From an uncultured Lentisphaerales bacterium (lineage in GTDB: Bacteria > Verrucomicrobiota > Lentisphaeria > JABSQK01 > UBA12247): a stretch of DNA of 64,000 bases. Under the pieces are notes generated by a model. It did not search any database. It was given only the letters and a program-made list of their open reading frames with translations, and was not told the origin of the DNA. Positions 62,980 through 64,000 of the stretch are shown here, piece by piece (positions within the stretch are counted from its first letter, which is position 1; each line of letters opens with the position of its first letter). Position numbers and translations under genes: made by a program. Location of the stretch: assembly GCA_943788985.1 (NCBI GenBank), contig CALSSJ010000020.1, positions 1 to 64,000 of the forward strand, written 5' to 3'.

Positions 62980-63924
62980 TTGTCTACGACTAGGCCGGAA
63001 GCATTCAGGTTCAGATCGGTGTTAGCGGCCAAGCAAAGCGGGCCATCTTTTGCAAAAAGTGTGGATAGAGATCTGACTCCCGCAGAGATTAAGTCACTAG
63101 CTGAGTTCGCCAAAGAGAATGGTGGGAAAGACCTAAGGGGCTTCTCTGTTCACAAACTTCCCACAGGCCAAGCGGGGATGATTACGGCTGACAATTCATT
63201 GACCGCGAAAGGTGCTTGGCGTATTGTAGCTCTCTTAAATAAGTGGAAGGAAAATCAAGATTTTGAAATCGAAGTCGAGAACTCACCTGCGACCACAATT
63301 ACACGCAACCAAAATTGGAAAGAGGATCCTAATGGGAAAGGTTATCTATCAACGCTTGAGCCCAGAGGAGGCAGTGGCAGAGTTCGGCAACTTGATCGGT
63401 ATCGTCGGGGGGCCTACCGAGACATCCTCAGAGAGGAACTCAAAAGCGCAGGAGCCAAGGGATCTTTCTCCCTCAGAAGAGGAATACGAAGACGAGACAG
63501 CGGATACTCTGGCTCGGCAAAAACGGAACGCTGGGATCGTCTGCCGGGCGCGCCAATTAAAGAAGGAGCAACAGGCCCGGACCCAAGACTAAATGAGGTT
63601 GCGGAGTCCTACGCTAAATCGATTGGCATCCAACTTCGACGGCAGGCTGAATACGTCAGGGTAGATCCTGACCGGGCAAGTCGCATTGCGGACGCCTATG
63701 AGGCCATGCCCCACGACCCTTCTGATCCAGCCGTCCAGGAAGCCTACCAGAATCTTATTGATCAGACGATGGCCCAGTACCGGGCTCTAGAGTCGGCTGG
63801 GTACGAGTTCTATTTTGCAGCCCCCGAGACGGCGACCGCCAATCCGTGGGACGACATGCGCGAGTTGCGTAAGCATAAGCAAATGCCTGTGTTCCCCACT
63901 GAGGAGGGACACGCCAATGGGTGA
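62980..63924 (+). CDS. Fragment resembling phage-type large polyvalent proteins
   Basis: No clear start; NWKEDPNGKGYL and RIADAYEAMPHDPSDPAVQEAYQNLIDQTMAQYRALE, recognised by eye only. Confidence 0.45.
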   Translation: MSTTRPEAFRFRSVLAAKQSGPSFAKSVDRDLTPAEIKSLAEFAKENGGKDLRGFSVHKLPTGQAGMITADNSLTAKGAWRIVALLNKWKENQDFEIEVENSPATTITRNQNWKEDPNGKGYLSTLEPRGGSGRVRQLDRYRRGAYRDILREELKSAGAKGSFSLRRGIRRRDSGYSGSAKTERWDRLPGAPIKEGATGPDPRLNEVAESYAKSIGIQLRRQAEYVRVDPDRASRIADAYEAMPHDPSDPAVQEAYQNLIDQTMAQYRALESAGYEFYFAAPETATANPWDDMRELRKHKQMPVFPTEEGHANG

Positions 63925-64000
63925 GACTTGCTCATTGTCAGCAATAACGCACTATTGGCGGACACTCGCATTCGCTGGGTAGCTAGGCCCGTCCTAGCAA

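Overview
Bacterial chromosomal window, most likely from the PVC superphylum (Lentisphaerae/Kiritimatiellae/Verrucomicrobia-like). This is inferred from the DUF1549/DUF1553-DUF1501 genes, an H-X9-DG prepilin-like gene, many sulfatases and a long GreA. (1) 1-9707 is a complete integron: intI on +, attI at ~8135, and a minus-strand array with 9 attC sites, 9 complete cassettes and a partial tenth. The cassettes include a secreted glycoside hydrolase, a PhoD phosphatase, a YecR lipoprotein and an ORF-less, structured cassette carrying a candidate promoter. The integrase has a duplicated N-terminal SAM-like domain and a near-consensus sigma-54 (-24/-12) motif upstream, with no proteobacterial-type LexA box seen. 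(2) 10-23 kb is a sulfated-polysaccharide utilisation-like cluster (GH2, acetylesterase, pilin-like protein, sulfatases, GH168-like, esterase) with decayed remnants. (3) 23.6-35.6 kb holds an AraC regulator, a cytochrome c/DUF1553 gene, two tandem DUF1501 genes and a 1527-aa multidomain protein with nested discoidin domains. (4) 36.8-62 kb is mostly housekeeping (rpsP-khpA-trmD-rplS-rnhB, psd, comM, greA-like, rpmB, tRNA-Lys, moxR, glycosyltransferases), with a Fic gene between comM and a partial comM duplicate. (5) The end carries a phage-like protein fragment. Many single-base homopolymer frameshifts suggest sequencing error, so some broken genes are probably intact in vivo. All family calls are by eye from motifs; no searches were run.
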